A stretch of DNA of 64,000 bases, taken from contig CM059452.1 in the NCBI GenBank assembly GCA_030390025.1, forward strand, positions 17,112,001 through 17,176,000, given 5' to 3'. The position numbers and the translations under genes were made by a program. The notes under the pieces were generated by a model. It was not told the origin of the DNA. It searched no databases and was given only the letters and a program-made list of their open reading frames with translations. The stretch's first letter is position 1, and every line of letters begins with the position of its first letter. This DNA is from Squalus acanthias. Its lineage: Eukaryota. Shown piece by piece: positions 1-11,182 of the stretch.

Positions 1-653
1 CCAATCCTGCCTATGTTCAGTTCCTTGCATATTTGAAGTGTATCTGTTTGTTTGTACATTTCACTTTAACACATTCAGGACTAGAAACCCCTCTAGCCCA
101 CAGCACATATGGCGAATTCCGTCCGATGCTTCGGAGCAATTTCCCATCTCTTCAGTTTGCTGGTTGGCAGATTGTGAGCAGCACATTCCCCAATGCTGTA
201 GTGTCATTTTATTAAACTAGCCCCAGCCTTGTGATCTTCCACCGAAACCATTGTGTTCTGTATCTCACTGTGCTTCTTTCAAACGAACGGGAGACGGCGC
301 ACTCCCAGCCCTGGTTTTCAGTCCATTGACATTTATAGGGCTGGGTTTGTACAATTTCCAGATATGTGTTCCTCATCTGTGCTGGAAATGCAGAATGGTA
401 AATCTTGCCCTATACTTAATTTATTTATCGCCTGTAACATCCTTAAGCAGATTCCATCTTTTCCCGTTGAGCTTTGAGCAAAGTTTCACAATTTATTTTC
501 ACTGTAACGTTCCCGATAGCTTCAGAATTTGTTTTTTGTACAATGTGTTTAGACCCGCATTGTTGTTCCTTGCCCTCACAATTGAGAGAAATCTCGAATC
601 CAACAATAATTATTCAGCATAGTTCAAGTTACAAAGCAGTTCCTCAAGTCAGT

Positions 654-1340
654 AAGAATGACTTGTATTTATACCGCGCGCCTTTAACTTAACTTGGGGC
701 GGGGGATTCAGGTCTAAAGAAGTAGGAAGGAGAGAGGTGAAGACAAGACCACGAATTTTAAACTTACGGCATTCGGATGAAATAAAGATCAGCGCGGTCG
801 GGGCTGGTGGTCCATTGGAACTTGGTGTAGATGGGATCGTGGTATCAGAGATTTGGATAAACTGATGTTTCTGCATGGCGGGAGATGTAAAAATGGCAAG
901 TAGAGCATTGCAGGAACCAAAGGAGCGTATAAATAAAACAAATGCAGTGGATGTTGTGTATATTGATTTTCAAAAGGCGGTTGATACAATGCCAGATAAC
1001 GGGTTTGTTGCTAAAGTAAAGGTGCGTATTATTGAAGAGAGGATAGAAACTTGGGGAAGAGCTTCACTGAAGGACATAAAGCAGGGGACAGTGGTTAATA
1101 ATGTAAAATCGCATGTCTGAGGGTTTCAGTTGCAATGGGGTTGAAGTAGGATTGCAGGCGGGTGATGTTACGGAGGCTGATGTGGACAATCATTGCGATG
1201 GAATTATATGGGGTGAAAGGATATGAGGCTCCATTATGAAGCTCATGCAGAGGCTGCGAAGTGTTTGCTTGTGACTGAGACTGTTGCCAGAGAGGCGGGT
1301 AGAATTAGTGGTCCGGGAACAGAGTTTGCGACAGGGATAA
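654..1340 (-). mobile_element. Decayed L2-like LINE fragments interrupted by a CR1 RT fragment (922-1111, +)
   Basis: Reverse complement of the L2/SINE 3' tail (gacttgtatttataccgcgcgcctttaac) and similarity to the L2 at 3681-4385. The insert encodes VDVVYIDFQKA. Confidence 0.55.
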
Positions 1341-1399
1341 ATATTAAAGGTAAAGCTAGCATATGCTATATGCTTTGATAGCCTGTCACATATATAGTG

Positions 1400-1915
1400 A
1401 GAAGAAAAAATCACTGATTACGAAAATAAATATATTTGCATTTGCAGCCTTGTTCTCAAATTGTCCCTGGTGTAATCACTGAGCCCTTCGGATGTGGCAT
1501 TAGATTAATAATTTGCAATTTTCTAATGCTTTCCTCATTTGGCAGAGAGTTCTCCATGCGATTTCTTACTTAGCGCTGATGAGCAATTCATAAAGTGCTT
1601 TGTTTATCACAGTCACTTCTCTCCCTATTTGTTTATTCTTAACCATCCTGCTGCAATATGCACACCTTGAATCATTGTCATGTCATTCTATGTGAATTAA
1701 ACCACTTCTTCAGTAGGATCACTGCCTGCAAACTTGTGATGGCCGAATGTTACATGTGAGGACTGCAAAAATCTAACCTTTAGTATTGCACAAAGAGATT
1801 CCTGAAATGTTGAGGAGGTTATTGGGAAGTTGTGGAAGGTTATGGAGAGTATTATTGTGAAGTCCCTTGGATAAGTAGAAACACTAAGAGGAGAGTTAAA
1901 AAGTGGCACGTGAGA
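1400..1915. promoter_or_regulatory. Candidate intronic enhancer (octamer cluster)
   Basis: Perfect octamer ATTTGCAT at 1434-1441, variants ATTTGCAG (1440) and ATTTGCAA (1511), ETS/PU-type TTCCTC (1531), E-boxes CATGTG (1753) and CACGTG (1907). It is a non-repeat island upstream of C1. Confidence 0.35.
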
Positions 1916-2049
1916 AATCTAAAGATAAGATTAGATTAAAGATGAAGAACGGAATCTTCTTCAGGAAGATGAATGAATGAAGGAGATGCTAACCAACGAC
2001 TTTGTCTCGGCTTTTAAAAACATGCTTTAGTGGGAGTTGAAAGGTACAA

Positions 2050-2960
2050 GGGGAGAATGCGGAGCAGCTCAATATGAAAAATATAGATAAGGAAGGAGTG
2101 CTGAAAAAATGATGGAAGTCAAAAGATGGCCTGTATCCTAGAATGTTGAGAACAGACATGCAGCAAATAGTAGATGCGCTGACCACAAACTTTCAAACAA
2201 CCTAGGATCTGAAACCTGTGACAGACGACTAATATATTATCTTTGTTCAAGAAGGGAGAGAAGTATAACTGTGTTGCAGTCAGCCAATCGCCGGAAGTGG
2301 GTCATTTTCTACAGTCAGAAATTAACATTCACTAACAGAGAAATCTTTTAATTAAAGACAGTTAGCACGGGTCTGTAAAGGGCAAGTTCTCCCTGACAGA
2401 TATACAGAGTTCTTCGAAGAACTCTGCACATTTCCAGTTCAGTTCTGGGCACCACACCTCAGGGATGATATATTAGCCTTGAAGGGGTGCAGTGCAGGTT
2501 CACCAGAATTATATCAGGGCTAAAAATGTTAAATTATGTGGACAGGCTGCACAGACTAGGCTTGTATTCCCTTGAACATAGAATATTAAGTGGTGATTTA
2601 ACTGAGGTGTTTAAGATGATTAAAGGGTTTGATGGTGTGGATAGAGAGAAAATATTTCTGGGAGTGTCAAGAACAGCGGGGCATAACCTTAAAATTAGAG
2701 CTCGACCGTTCAAGGATGAATTCCGGAAGCACTTCTTCACAAATCTGTTGCGGAAATCTGGAATTATTTCCTCCAAAAGGCTGTTGAGCTTATGTCAACT
2801 GTAAAGTGCAAAAATAACATAGATAGATTTTTGTCATGTATGGGTATTAAGGGTTACGGAACTAAGGCGTGTAGATGTAGTTAAGCTACAATTTGGCCTT
2901 GATTACATTGAAGGGCGGAATAGGCTCACGGGGCTGAATATCCTATTCATGTTCCTACGA
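2050..2960 (+). mobile_element. Decayed CR1 LINE, 3' part
   Basis: ORF 2487-2804 (RFTRIISGLKMLNYVDRLHRLGLYSLE...GHNLKI) is the CR1 ORF2 C-terminus; the CR1 3' UTR ends near 2960. Confidence 0.85.
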
Positions 2961-2966
2961 AATAAC

Positions 2967-4930
2967 GGAGCGTATAAATAAAACAAATGCAGTGGATGTT
3001 GTGTATATTGATTTTCAAAAGGCGGTTCATACAATGCCAGATAACGGGTTTGTTGATAAAGTAAAGGTGCGTATTATTGAAGAGAGGATAGAAACTTGGG
3101 GAAGAGCTTCACTAAAGGACATAAAGCAGGGGACAGTGGTTAATAATGCAAAATCGGATTGGAGGAATGTAAGCTCGAGGGTTCCTAAAGGTTCAGTATT
3201 CGAACTATATGTAATAGAATTCGAGTATAGGAGGCTCAATGTCATAATTTTAAAATGAATTCAGCAGTTCCCAGACAGTTTAGTAGATTGGGCAGGTAGA
3301 TGGCAGATGACATGCAATATGGAGAATATAAAGTGATATATTTTGAGAGGAAGAATGAGATAACATATTTATTAAATTGTAATGTTTTTAAAGGAGAAGA
3401 AGAATAGAGAGACACAGGTGTTCAGATAGACAGATCATTAAAAGTGGAAGGCTGTTAATTCAACGTACGGGATGCTAGGCTTTCTCAGCAGGGGTAGCGA
3501 ATGCTAAAGGGAAAGGAGAGAGAACCCTACATTTAAAAATCATTGTTTAGGCCTAAATTTAAGATTATGTCCCGTTTTGGTGCCTTACGTTAGGAAGGAT
3601 GTCAAGGCCATGGAGAGGGTGCAGAAGGGATTCACCGAGATAATGCCTCAGACGGGAAGCTTTAGTAATGAGAAGAACATAACAACCGCAGCAACTTGCA
3701 TTTATATAGCGCCTTTAACGTTGTAAAATGTACCAAGGCACTACACAGGGGGCTTGCTGAACAAAAATTGACGCCGAGACACATACGGGGATATTAGGAC
3801 AGATGACAAAAAGCTTGGAAAAGAGGTAGGTATTCAGGAGCATTTTAAATGAGGATAGAGAGTAGAGCGGTGCAGAGGTTTATTGAGAAAATTCCAGAGC
3901 TTAGTACCTAGGTATGGCCGCCAATGGTGATGAAATCGAAATCGGGAATGCGCAAGAGGCCAGAATTGGAGGAGCGCAGACCTCTCGGAGGGTTTTAGGG
4001 CTGGAATATCTGACAGAGATACCACAAGGATAAGATGCCAATGTAGGTCAGCGAGTACGTGCTGCGAGTTAAGTTACAGACAGCAAAGTTCTGGATCAGC
4101 TCAAGATTACGAAGGGTGACTGGTGGGAGGCCAGACAGGATCGCGTTGGAATATTCAACTCTAGAGGTGACAGAGGCATGGATGAGGGTTTCAGCAGCCG
4201 ATAGGCTGAAGCAGGGGCAGACTCGAGCAATGAAACGGAGGCAGAAATAGGAGCACTTGGTGACGGCGAGGATATGGGGTCGAAAGCTCAGCTCCGATTG
4301 AAGTTGGACATGGAAGTTGCGAACAGTCTGATTCAGCCTGAGACAGTGGCCATGGAGGAGAATGGAGACGGTGGTCAAGGAACAAAGTGAAACTTGGGCT
4401 CTTTTCATGAGAACAAACTGTAAGAGGCAGTAAAATTATGAAGCATTTGATAAGCTAAATGGAAATAAACTACGTGCATTGGTCGGTAACTAAAGGGTAT
4501 AATTTCAAAATCTTCAGCCAAAGAACGAAAAGAGAGATAAGGAGAGCTATTTTATTTTAGAGAGTGTTGCTAGAACACGGGACGTCCTACCACAAACAGA
4601 ATCAGCACATTATTTTAAAAAGGAGGTAGACAAACATTTGAAAATCGAAGTATGGGGAAAGGACAGGGAAATAGTGCTTAAGAATAAAATTTCTGCTGCG
4701 CCGCTCCTTAACGGGAACTGCGCAATCCCAGCCGCGATTCTCCATTCACCATAGTGAATTGATATAAAATACAGGCTGGGAATGGGCAATTGCTCCATGT
4801 GCGCTCCCGGCGTCCGCCACCAGGGGCGCAGCGGTGTTTCTACTCCTTAGTGGATTGCTCTTGCTCAGAGCCGGCAGTGGCGCCCTGATCTGAATGAATC
4901 CTTCAGTGCTGTAAATGCTAGGATTCTATC
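2967..4930 (+). mobile_element. Decayed CR1 LINE split by an L2 (3681-4385, -) and a small foldback element (~4690-4840)
   Basis: RT motifs DVVYIDFQKA and VSSRVPKGSV. CR1 sequence resumes at ~4386 and ends with tail gctgtaaatgctaggattctat. Confidence 0.8.
3681..4385 (-). mobile_element. L2-clade LINE 3' fragment
   Basis: ORF 3995-4408 (AAETLIHASVTSRVEYSNAILSGLP...LELIQN) is typical of the L2 ORF2 C-terminus; minus-strand tail TTAAAGGCGCTATATAAATGCAAGTTG. Confidence 0.85.
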
Positions 4931-5624
4931 GGTCCCTCAACTAGCATTACCAAACCTCACTGCTGTCTCTGATCCCTGAGTTACGAAATCAAACTGCTCC
5001 AAAAGCAGGAACATTAAAAGAGGTTATTGGTAACAATAATCGATATACATTTAATATCTGACGCCAAATCGAGAGTACAGATGTTTTCGGCAAGGTGCAT
5101 TGATCATCCTTCACTCCGAAATTAACAAGTGATCAGAATATTATTTGAATGCTCATTCATTACCAGATCCGCTTTATCCTAACACGCCCACTGTAATGTC
5201 GCCACAATTCCTCCCAGCTTCAATACACCACAGCCACACAGCAATAGTAAATTGTAGTTTGTTAAACACAGAGTCGCTGGGAAAGTGGCAACGCCAGTTG
5301 ATGTAATTCCTTATCAGGCTGTGGCCTTGGACTTTGTCCTTTCCCGTAATAAAACAATGCAACTCGTAAAACAATAATATATTGTTGAATGTGAATGGAT
5401 CGGTAACATTTCAGATGAGGTTAATTTTAATAATAAACTCTTATATGTCACCAATATGTGTTAAACATTGCCGAGCCCGTGGCTGCGAGCCAATCACATT
5501 ATCTTAATCAATAGATGGACCCTAGTTTTCAAAATATTTCAGGTGGTGTCAAATTTCACAGCGATGTTAAGGGAAGTAAAACAAACGACAATTATCCACA
5601 GACAATACGTTCAATACATAAAAT

Positions 5625-5820
5625 AAGAAAGACTTGAATTTCTATCGCGCCTTTTACGTCATCAGGACGTCCCAAAGCGCTCTATAGCCAACGACATATT
5701 TTTGAAGTGTAGTCACTGTTGCAATGTAGTAAACGCGGCAGCCAATTTGTGCACAGCACGATTCCTAAAACAGCAATGTGATAATGCGTTGGTTGAGGGA
5801 TAAATATTGGCCAGGACACG
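5625..5820 (-). mobile_element. Deu-domain (SacSINE1-like) SINE 3' fragment
   Basis: Minus-strand tail ...AAAGGCGCGATAGAAATTCAAGTCTTTCTT, similar to the SINE at 15923-16357. Confidence 0.65.
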
Positions 5821-5877
5821 GTAGAAATGGTCTAATCTTCATGATAGAAGGAAGTAAGTCTTTCTTTGTAATTTTAG

Positions 5878-6198
5878 CACCACAACGTACTCCACCAATC
5901 ATCAGTCTCCTCTACTCTGCAACTGACGAACTGAGAGAAAAGGGTTTTGTGCAACTGGTTTGCCTCATCAGCGAATACCAGCCAGAAAGCATTGGAGTGA
6001 GCTGGGAGAAGAACGGAAACGCCATACAGTCTGGCTTTACCACCTCATCCCCAGCTAAAAATTCGAACGGAGACTTTAGCTCCACGAGCCTCCTTCAAGT
6101 CCCCCTGCAGGAATGGGCCAGCGGTTCAGTGTACAGCTGTCAAGTGTCCCACTCTCCAACCAGCAGTAACCAGCGGAAAGAAATTAGATCAACATCAG
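5878..6198 (+). CDS. IgNAR: IgNAR heavy chain constant exon C1
   Basis: Acceptor ...ctttgtaattttag|, donor G|GTGAGC; 321 nt, phase 1/1. Encodes xPQRTPPIISLLYSATDELREKGFVQLVCLISEYQPESIGVSW...YSCQVSHSPTSSNQRKEIRSTS, a C1-set Ig fold (C..W..C) that closely matches shark IgNAR C1 as recalled. Confidence 0.96.
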
Positions 6199-6403
6199 GT
6201 GAGCAAATGTAACCAATTCATAAGCTTGCACTGGTGAAACTTTCTCACTTTCTTTATCAGTATTGGATTAATTGGGATGTTATTGGATAATCTAACGATA
6301 AGGATTAAACTTCCCTGAACTGGTCCTGAGTGAGATCCGTGCCAGTTTAAGGGCAGTGAAATGCTACCTTCAAAATATTGGGATTTGTTTCAGCGGCAAT
6401 GGC

Positions 6404-6493
6404 CGAGGTAACTGAAGGTGATCTTTCAAAGAGCCGGCACAGGCACGGTGGGCCGAATGGCCTCCTTCTGTGCTGTATCATTCTCTCATTCTA
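6404..6493 (+). mobile_element. Very short 5'-truncated CR1 3' end with TSD
   Basis: CR1 3' UTR (gccggcacaggcacggtgggccgaatggcctccttctgtgctgta, tail cattctatg) flanked by the direct repeat TGTTTCAGCGGCAATGGC at 6386-6403 and 6494-6511. Confidence 0.85.
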
Positions 6494-6993
6494 TGTTTCA
6501 GCGGCAATGGCTGAAGTCCCTGAAGGCGCTCGCTGAATGGCGGATGTTGCAAAAAGCAGTTATAAGAAGTCTTGAAACATACACGAATATTGTGCTGCGG
6601 TCACCGAACACATCGAGCATAATATCGATGATATTACAAACAATTTATAACGGATTGTGATAGACCCTATTGAATTCATTCACCAAATCAATCCGGGCGA
6701 AACAGAACAGAAAGACAGAGCGTAGGGTAGAGTTTACACAAAGAGGATCAAACATTAACAGTGCGGTTCTATTACTAGTTACACTTGTGAGAATTTATTG
6801 TATTTGCTGCTGGATATCGGCACAAAAATGAAACGGGTGAGAGGGGGANNNNNNNNNNNNNNNNNNNNNNNNNNNNNNNNNNNNNNNNNNNNNNNNNNNN
6901 NNNNNNNNNNNNNNNNNNNNNNNNNNNNNNNNNNNNNNNNNNNNNNNNNNNNNNNNNNNNNNNNNNNNNNNNNNNNNNNNNNNNNNNNNNNNN

Positions 6994-7291
6994 GACAGAT
7001 GGAGAGAGTCAGCGAAACAAAGACAGAGCGAGAGAAACAAAGAGAGTGAGATAGAGAGTGACAGAGCGACAGATGGAGAGAGAGGGAGACAGACAGAGAG
7101 AGAGAGACAGAGAGAGAGACAGAGGGAGAGAGAGAGACAGAGTGAGAGAGAGAGTGAGAGAGAGACAGACAGACAGCCAGAGACAGAGAGAGTGAGAGAC
7201 AGACAGAGAGAGAGAGACAAAGGGACAGAGAGAGAGAGTCAGCGAAACAAAGACAGAGCGAGAGAGATAGAGAGAGTGAGATAGTGAGTGA
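6994..7291 (+). repeat. (GA/GACA)n low-complexity tract
   Basis: Directly visible; bounded by N gaps at 6849-6993 and 7292-7499. Confidence 0.95.
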
Positions 7292-7681
7292 NNNNNNNNN
7301 NNNNNNNNNNNNNNNNNNNNNNNNNNNNNNNNNNNNNNNNNNNNNNNNNNNNNNNNNNNNNNNNNNNNNNNNNNNNNNNNNNNNNNNNNNNNNNNNNNNN
7401 NNNNNNNNNNNNNNNNNNNNNNNNNNNNNNNNNNNNNNNNNNNNNNNNNNNNNNNNNNNNNNNNNNNNNNNNNNNNNNNNNNNNNNNNNNNNNNNNNNNT
7501 GTCACTAGATTAAACTGACAGATACGATCACAAAACCCTGCAACAAAAAGCTGATCTTTCTTTTAAAGATATTCTTTAAAAAGACCTGGGTAAGGACCAG
7601 GGATATATGACTAAGTAGAGAGCACTTTCAGGGATCTCCCAGACACGATGGACCGAATTCCTTCTACCCTGTGGAATTAAT

Positions 7682-7784
7682 TCATTCTCTCTCTCGCTGC
7701 CTCCCTCTCTATATCTATCTTTGTCTCTGTCTCTCTGTCCCCCTCTATCACACTTCCTATCTCTCAATGTCTGCCTCGGACTCA

Positions 7785-7815
<31 letters not shown>

Positions 7816-8091
7816 CTCCTCGATGTATCTCTGTCTCTCACGCTGTCTCTATGTCTCTCTTTCTCTCTCTCTCTTCCTCTCACCCTTTCTCTGTCTGACT
7901 CTGTCTTTTTGTCTCTCTCGCTCTCTTTATATATCCGTCTCTGTCTGTTCTTCTCTCTCTGCCTGTCTGTCTCTCTGTCTGTCTGTCTCTCTGTCTGTCT
8001 CTCTATCTCTGTTTCTCCCTATCTCTCTGTCTCTCTGTTTTTCTCTTTCTATGTATTTCTCTCCCTCTCTTTATGTCTCTGTCGCTCTCTC
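7682..8091 (+). repeat. (CT/CTGT)n low-complexity tract
   Basis: Directly visible. Confidence 0.95.
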
Positions 8092-8302
8092 AGTTTTGAT
8101 GAGTTTTACAAAGTTATGATGCGACTCAACATAGGTGGAAAAACCAAAATAATGTTTTAAAATTAATAATAATCAGTGAGAGACATGAGCACATCTTGCC
8201 ATGCTTTCGATTATCACTGAAATTAAAATCCATGTTAAAGGTCCGAAATCGTCAATACTGAAACGTTGCCCCGATTCTGAACCTCTGGTTTCTCACTGAC
8301 AG

Positions 8303-8605
8303 AGCTCGCAGTTTTCCTCAGAGATCCTTCCGTGGAAGAAATTTGGATCAATAAAACTGCCACCCTGGTGTGTGAAGTGGTCTCTACAGTTCCCACGGAG
8401 GTTGCGATCTCTTGGACAGTGGATGGAAAGATGAGGACTGAAGGAGTTCTGACCGAACCAGCTACAAAATATGGAACCCAGTACCTGACGATCGGCCGCT
8501 TGACCAGCAGCGTGGAAGAGTGGGAGAGCGGGGTTGAATACTCGTGTACCGCACAGGACGGTCAATCTTCGACTGCGGTATCACAACGAACAGGAAAGGC
8601 AAAAG
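8303..8605 (+). CDS. IgNAR: IgNAR constant exon C2
   Basis: Acceptor ttctcactgacag|, donor G|GTGGGT; 303 nt, phase 1/1. Encodes ELAVFLRDPSVEEIWINKTATLVCEV...SW...LTSSVEEWESGVEYSC...KAK. Confidence 0.95.
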
Positions 8606-8680
8606 GTGGGTAAAAATCTACAGACTTGTTTCCGAGTGGCAGTGGATGGGAGACTAACACTGGGTGAACTTCTGTTACAG

Positions 8681-8998
8681 TCGAGCCAGTGAAGCCAAAG
8701 CTCCGCCTCCTGCCTCCATCGCCAGAGGAGATTCAAAGTACGAGCGCCGCTACTCTGACCTGTTTGATAAGAGGATTCTACCCGGACAACATCACTGTCT
8801 CCTGGGAGAAGGACGGAGCTGCTTTGAGCGCGAACGTCACCAGTTCCCCCACTGCTCTTGAACAGGACCAGACCTTCAGCACAAGGAGCCTCTTCACTTT
8901 ACCTTCAGCGGAATGGAAGAGAGGATCAACATACACCTGTGCCGCCTCACATCCACCTTCACAATCCACCGTGAAGGGGGACATCAGCAGCCCGAAAG
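8681..8998 (+). CDS. IgNAR: IgNAR constant exon C3
   Basis: Follows a 75-nt intron; acceptor ttctgttacag|, donor G|GTAGGG; 318 nt, phase 1/1. Encodes VEPVKPKLRLLPPSPEEIQSTSAATLTCLIRGFYPD...YTCAASHPPSQSTVK...SPK. Confidence 0.96.
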
Positions 8999-10525
8999 GT
9001 AGGGACAGTACCTCAAAATGCATTCACACAATCAGCGTTTTGTACTTACATCTAAAGCCAACATTGAACAATGCAGGCCCTAGTGGTCAGATCACTCCAG
9101 GTTACAGGTATAACAAACTCTAGGGACATCAATTAATGCGCCCTTAACTCACAGGCGGCGAGTAGACGATAAAGTGATCAGTGCGCAATATGTGCGCCGC
9201 CACAAGCTATGTGAGGACCAATGGTAAGAAGAGCACAGGATCAGGATTTGCTAACTTCACTGCATGTTACCCTGGTGACCGTGGGCTGTCTTTAAACAGC
9301 AATATGCAGTGGCTAAAGACACAGAGTGTCCCACACTATGTGGGGATTAGACTTTGAATGGTGTTTGCTTCACTCTGCACTTCCTGATTTAAGGCTAGCA
9401 CAACACTGAGTGGTTGCAGGCAGTGAATTAAAAGACAAAAGCAGCCAGTTATCAGGTGGCGCAACCAATTGATGTGAGTAACTTTGTACATTTGAAGTAT
9501 TCAAATCTCTGCACCGCCAGCGTTAGATGTCACAGGAGGAGATAAATAATGTCTTCATGTTCTGAACCCAATTATTTGATCTTCAGTTTTTGATGATTAC
9601 ATTCTCCGCTTCTGTGATTACTTTTCCATCTCCATTTATTTTTATTCAATCAAATCAAAATGTGAGCACAATAATCATCCCAGCACCTCCGTGCGAGGGA
9701 CGGAGAGGCATTCAAACTTCCCTGGATCTTAGGTTGGAACCCCGTTTTCTGCTGAGTTCGTTGATCTCACTTGGTGGCGTCCCGGGCCTTATAATCGGTC
9801 TCAGTGTCGCATGATTCGTTAAATAGCAAAGCCCCTGGTTCCGCTCCTGATCTATGGTAACTGCGCCTGGGATCAATCTGGTGACGACAAGATAGGAGTT
9901 GTCTTCGATGCCCTCGCGGTACAACAGCCTGCTGATACTCATTGTGAACGATGACTCACGCTGCATATTCCATTGGCTGAGGTACCAGAGGGCGACTAAC
10001 AGATCTCATACAGCAGTGAGGAAAGCAAAGGATACAATAGGGCCAATACTGCTGTTAGGCGCAGTCACAGACACTTAATACTCGAGATCCTCCGATTGCT
10101 AAGCAGCTGTTTACTGTAATTCGCGAGCCATGTGCACTAAGAAGCCCCTGTGTTCCGTCGCCGGTCTTTGCTGAGTTAACTGATCTCAACTAGTGGCTTT
10201 TTGGAAGTTGCAGTGGCCTAGGCACATCCGGGTCACTGAGGAGACACCCGTTCTTTTCTCTTCCTCCTGTCTGAGGAGGGCTGGTGGAAGTCGGCGTGTT
10301 GGCACCTGTGCTGAGCGCACGACTGGACGGGGCTCTTTCTGCGGATCCACTAAGAATGGCCGCTTGAGAGAGATACTCAAGGCGACGTTCCTCAGTGGGG
10401 CCTGTACCGGATAACAATAAAACCAGGCATTTAATGAGTACCTTTAAGCGCCTTGTGCCGCTTCACAGAGTTGTAAGGAAAGCGACAGGAAATGAATGTA
10501 AAGTTGCCCATTGTCTTTATTTTAG

Positions 10526-10573
10526 AAGACTGCGGTGAAGATTTCAGTGTTGAAATTAGCCCATTTCCTACAC
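10526..10573 (+). CDS. Candidate IgNAR Cys-containing spacer micro-exon (EDCGEDFSVEISPFPT); read-through to TGA at 10615-10617 gives an alternative tail
   Basis: Strong acceptor ttgtctttattttag|, weaker donor CAC|GTGAAT; 48 nt, phase 1/1. The peptide resembles the C4 N-terminus VDCHEADISVKILNPPF. No transcript evidence is available. Confidence 0.55.
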
Positions 10574-11182
10574 GTGAATATTCTGCTGTTGATTGCTTCA
10601 AATTAGCTCCGTGTTGAAACTCAGTTTACTGTTTAAACTTGTGAAGATGATTGATTTTATTACACTCAGTCATCTGACATTCTCATTACTTCTCACCCTC
10701 CTAACATTTTGATTTACTGCCAAAGGATGGTAATCTTGGGTAATGAAGATATCGCCAAACCCCTTCAAAAGGAGTGATCTTGTAACATACAGTGTGAAAT
10801 ATGTCCCACTGTTTTATGAAGGGGTGGTAACTGAACGCATTTCAATCAGGTATCCCAGTAGAAAAGTACATGTTCATAATGAGAGTCTGGGAGGGGAGAC
10901 AATGGAAGTGATTATAAACAGTCCGGCAACAGTTTCTACAACACTCCCCTACAGAGCATTGGCATCATTGGGAGAAATGGACGAATTTTACTGTAAGATT
11001 AGGAAACAAAGTTACAATGTTGGGCTTGTGCAATTGACACACCACTTTGGTTCACTCTGGGGGTGTTGGGAATTTCAGAGTTGACGTCCTGGGGAATATA
11101 ATGAAGGCGGCTGCTATCATTTTTAGACAAAAATGAGAAGTCGCACAACACCAGGTTATAGTCCAACAGATTTATTTAAAAT

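Noticed and set aside
4814-4885. CTCF-like motifs CCACCAGGGGCGC and CCGGCAGTGGCGC
   Set aside because: Each is one base short of the consensus spacing and lies in repeat-derived sequence.
1-5877. IgNAR V, D or J segments and RSS
   Set aside because: I saw no YGGGT-type J motif or heptamer-spacer-nonamer. CACAGTG at 18411, 18712, 23430 and 32025 lack nonamers.
6795-8160. S/L/C-rich and X-containing ORFs
   Set aside because: They are artefacts of GA/CT microsatellites and N gaps.
8999-9123. C3 read-through (GRDSTSKCIH...) as a secretory tail
   Set aside because: No tailpiece similarity and no nearby poly(A) signal; likely an open intronic frame by chance.
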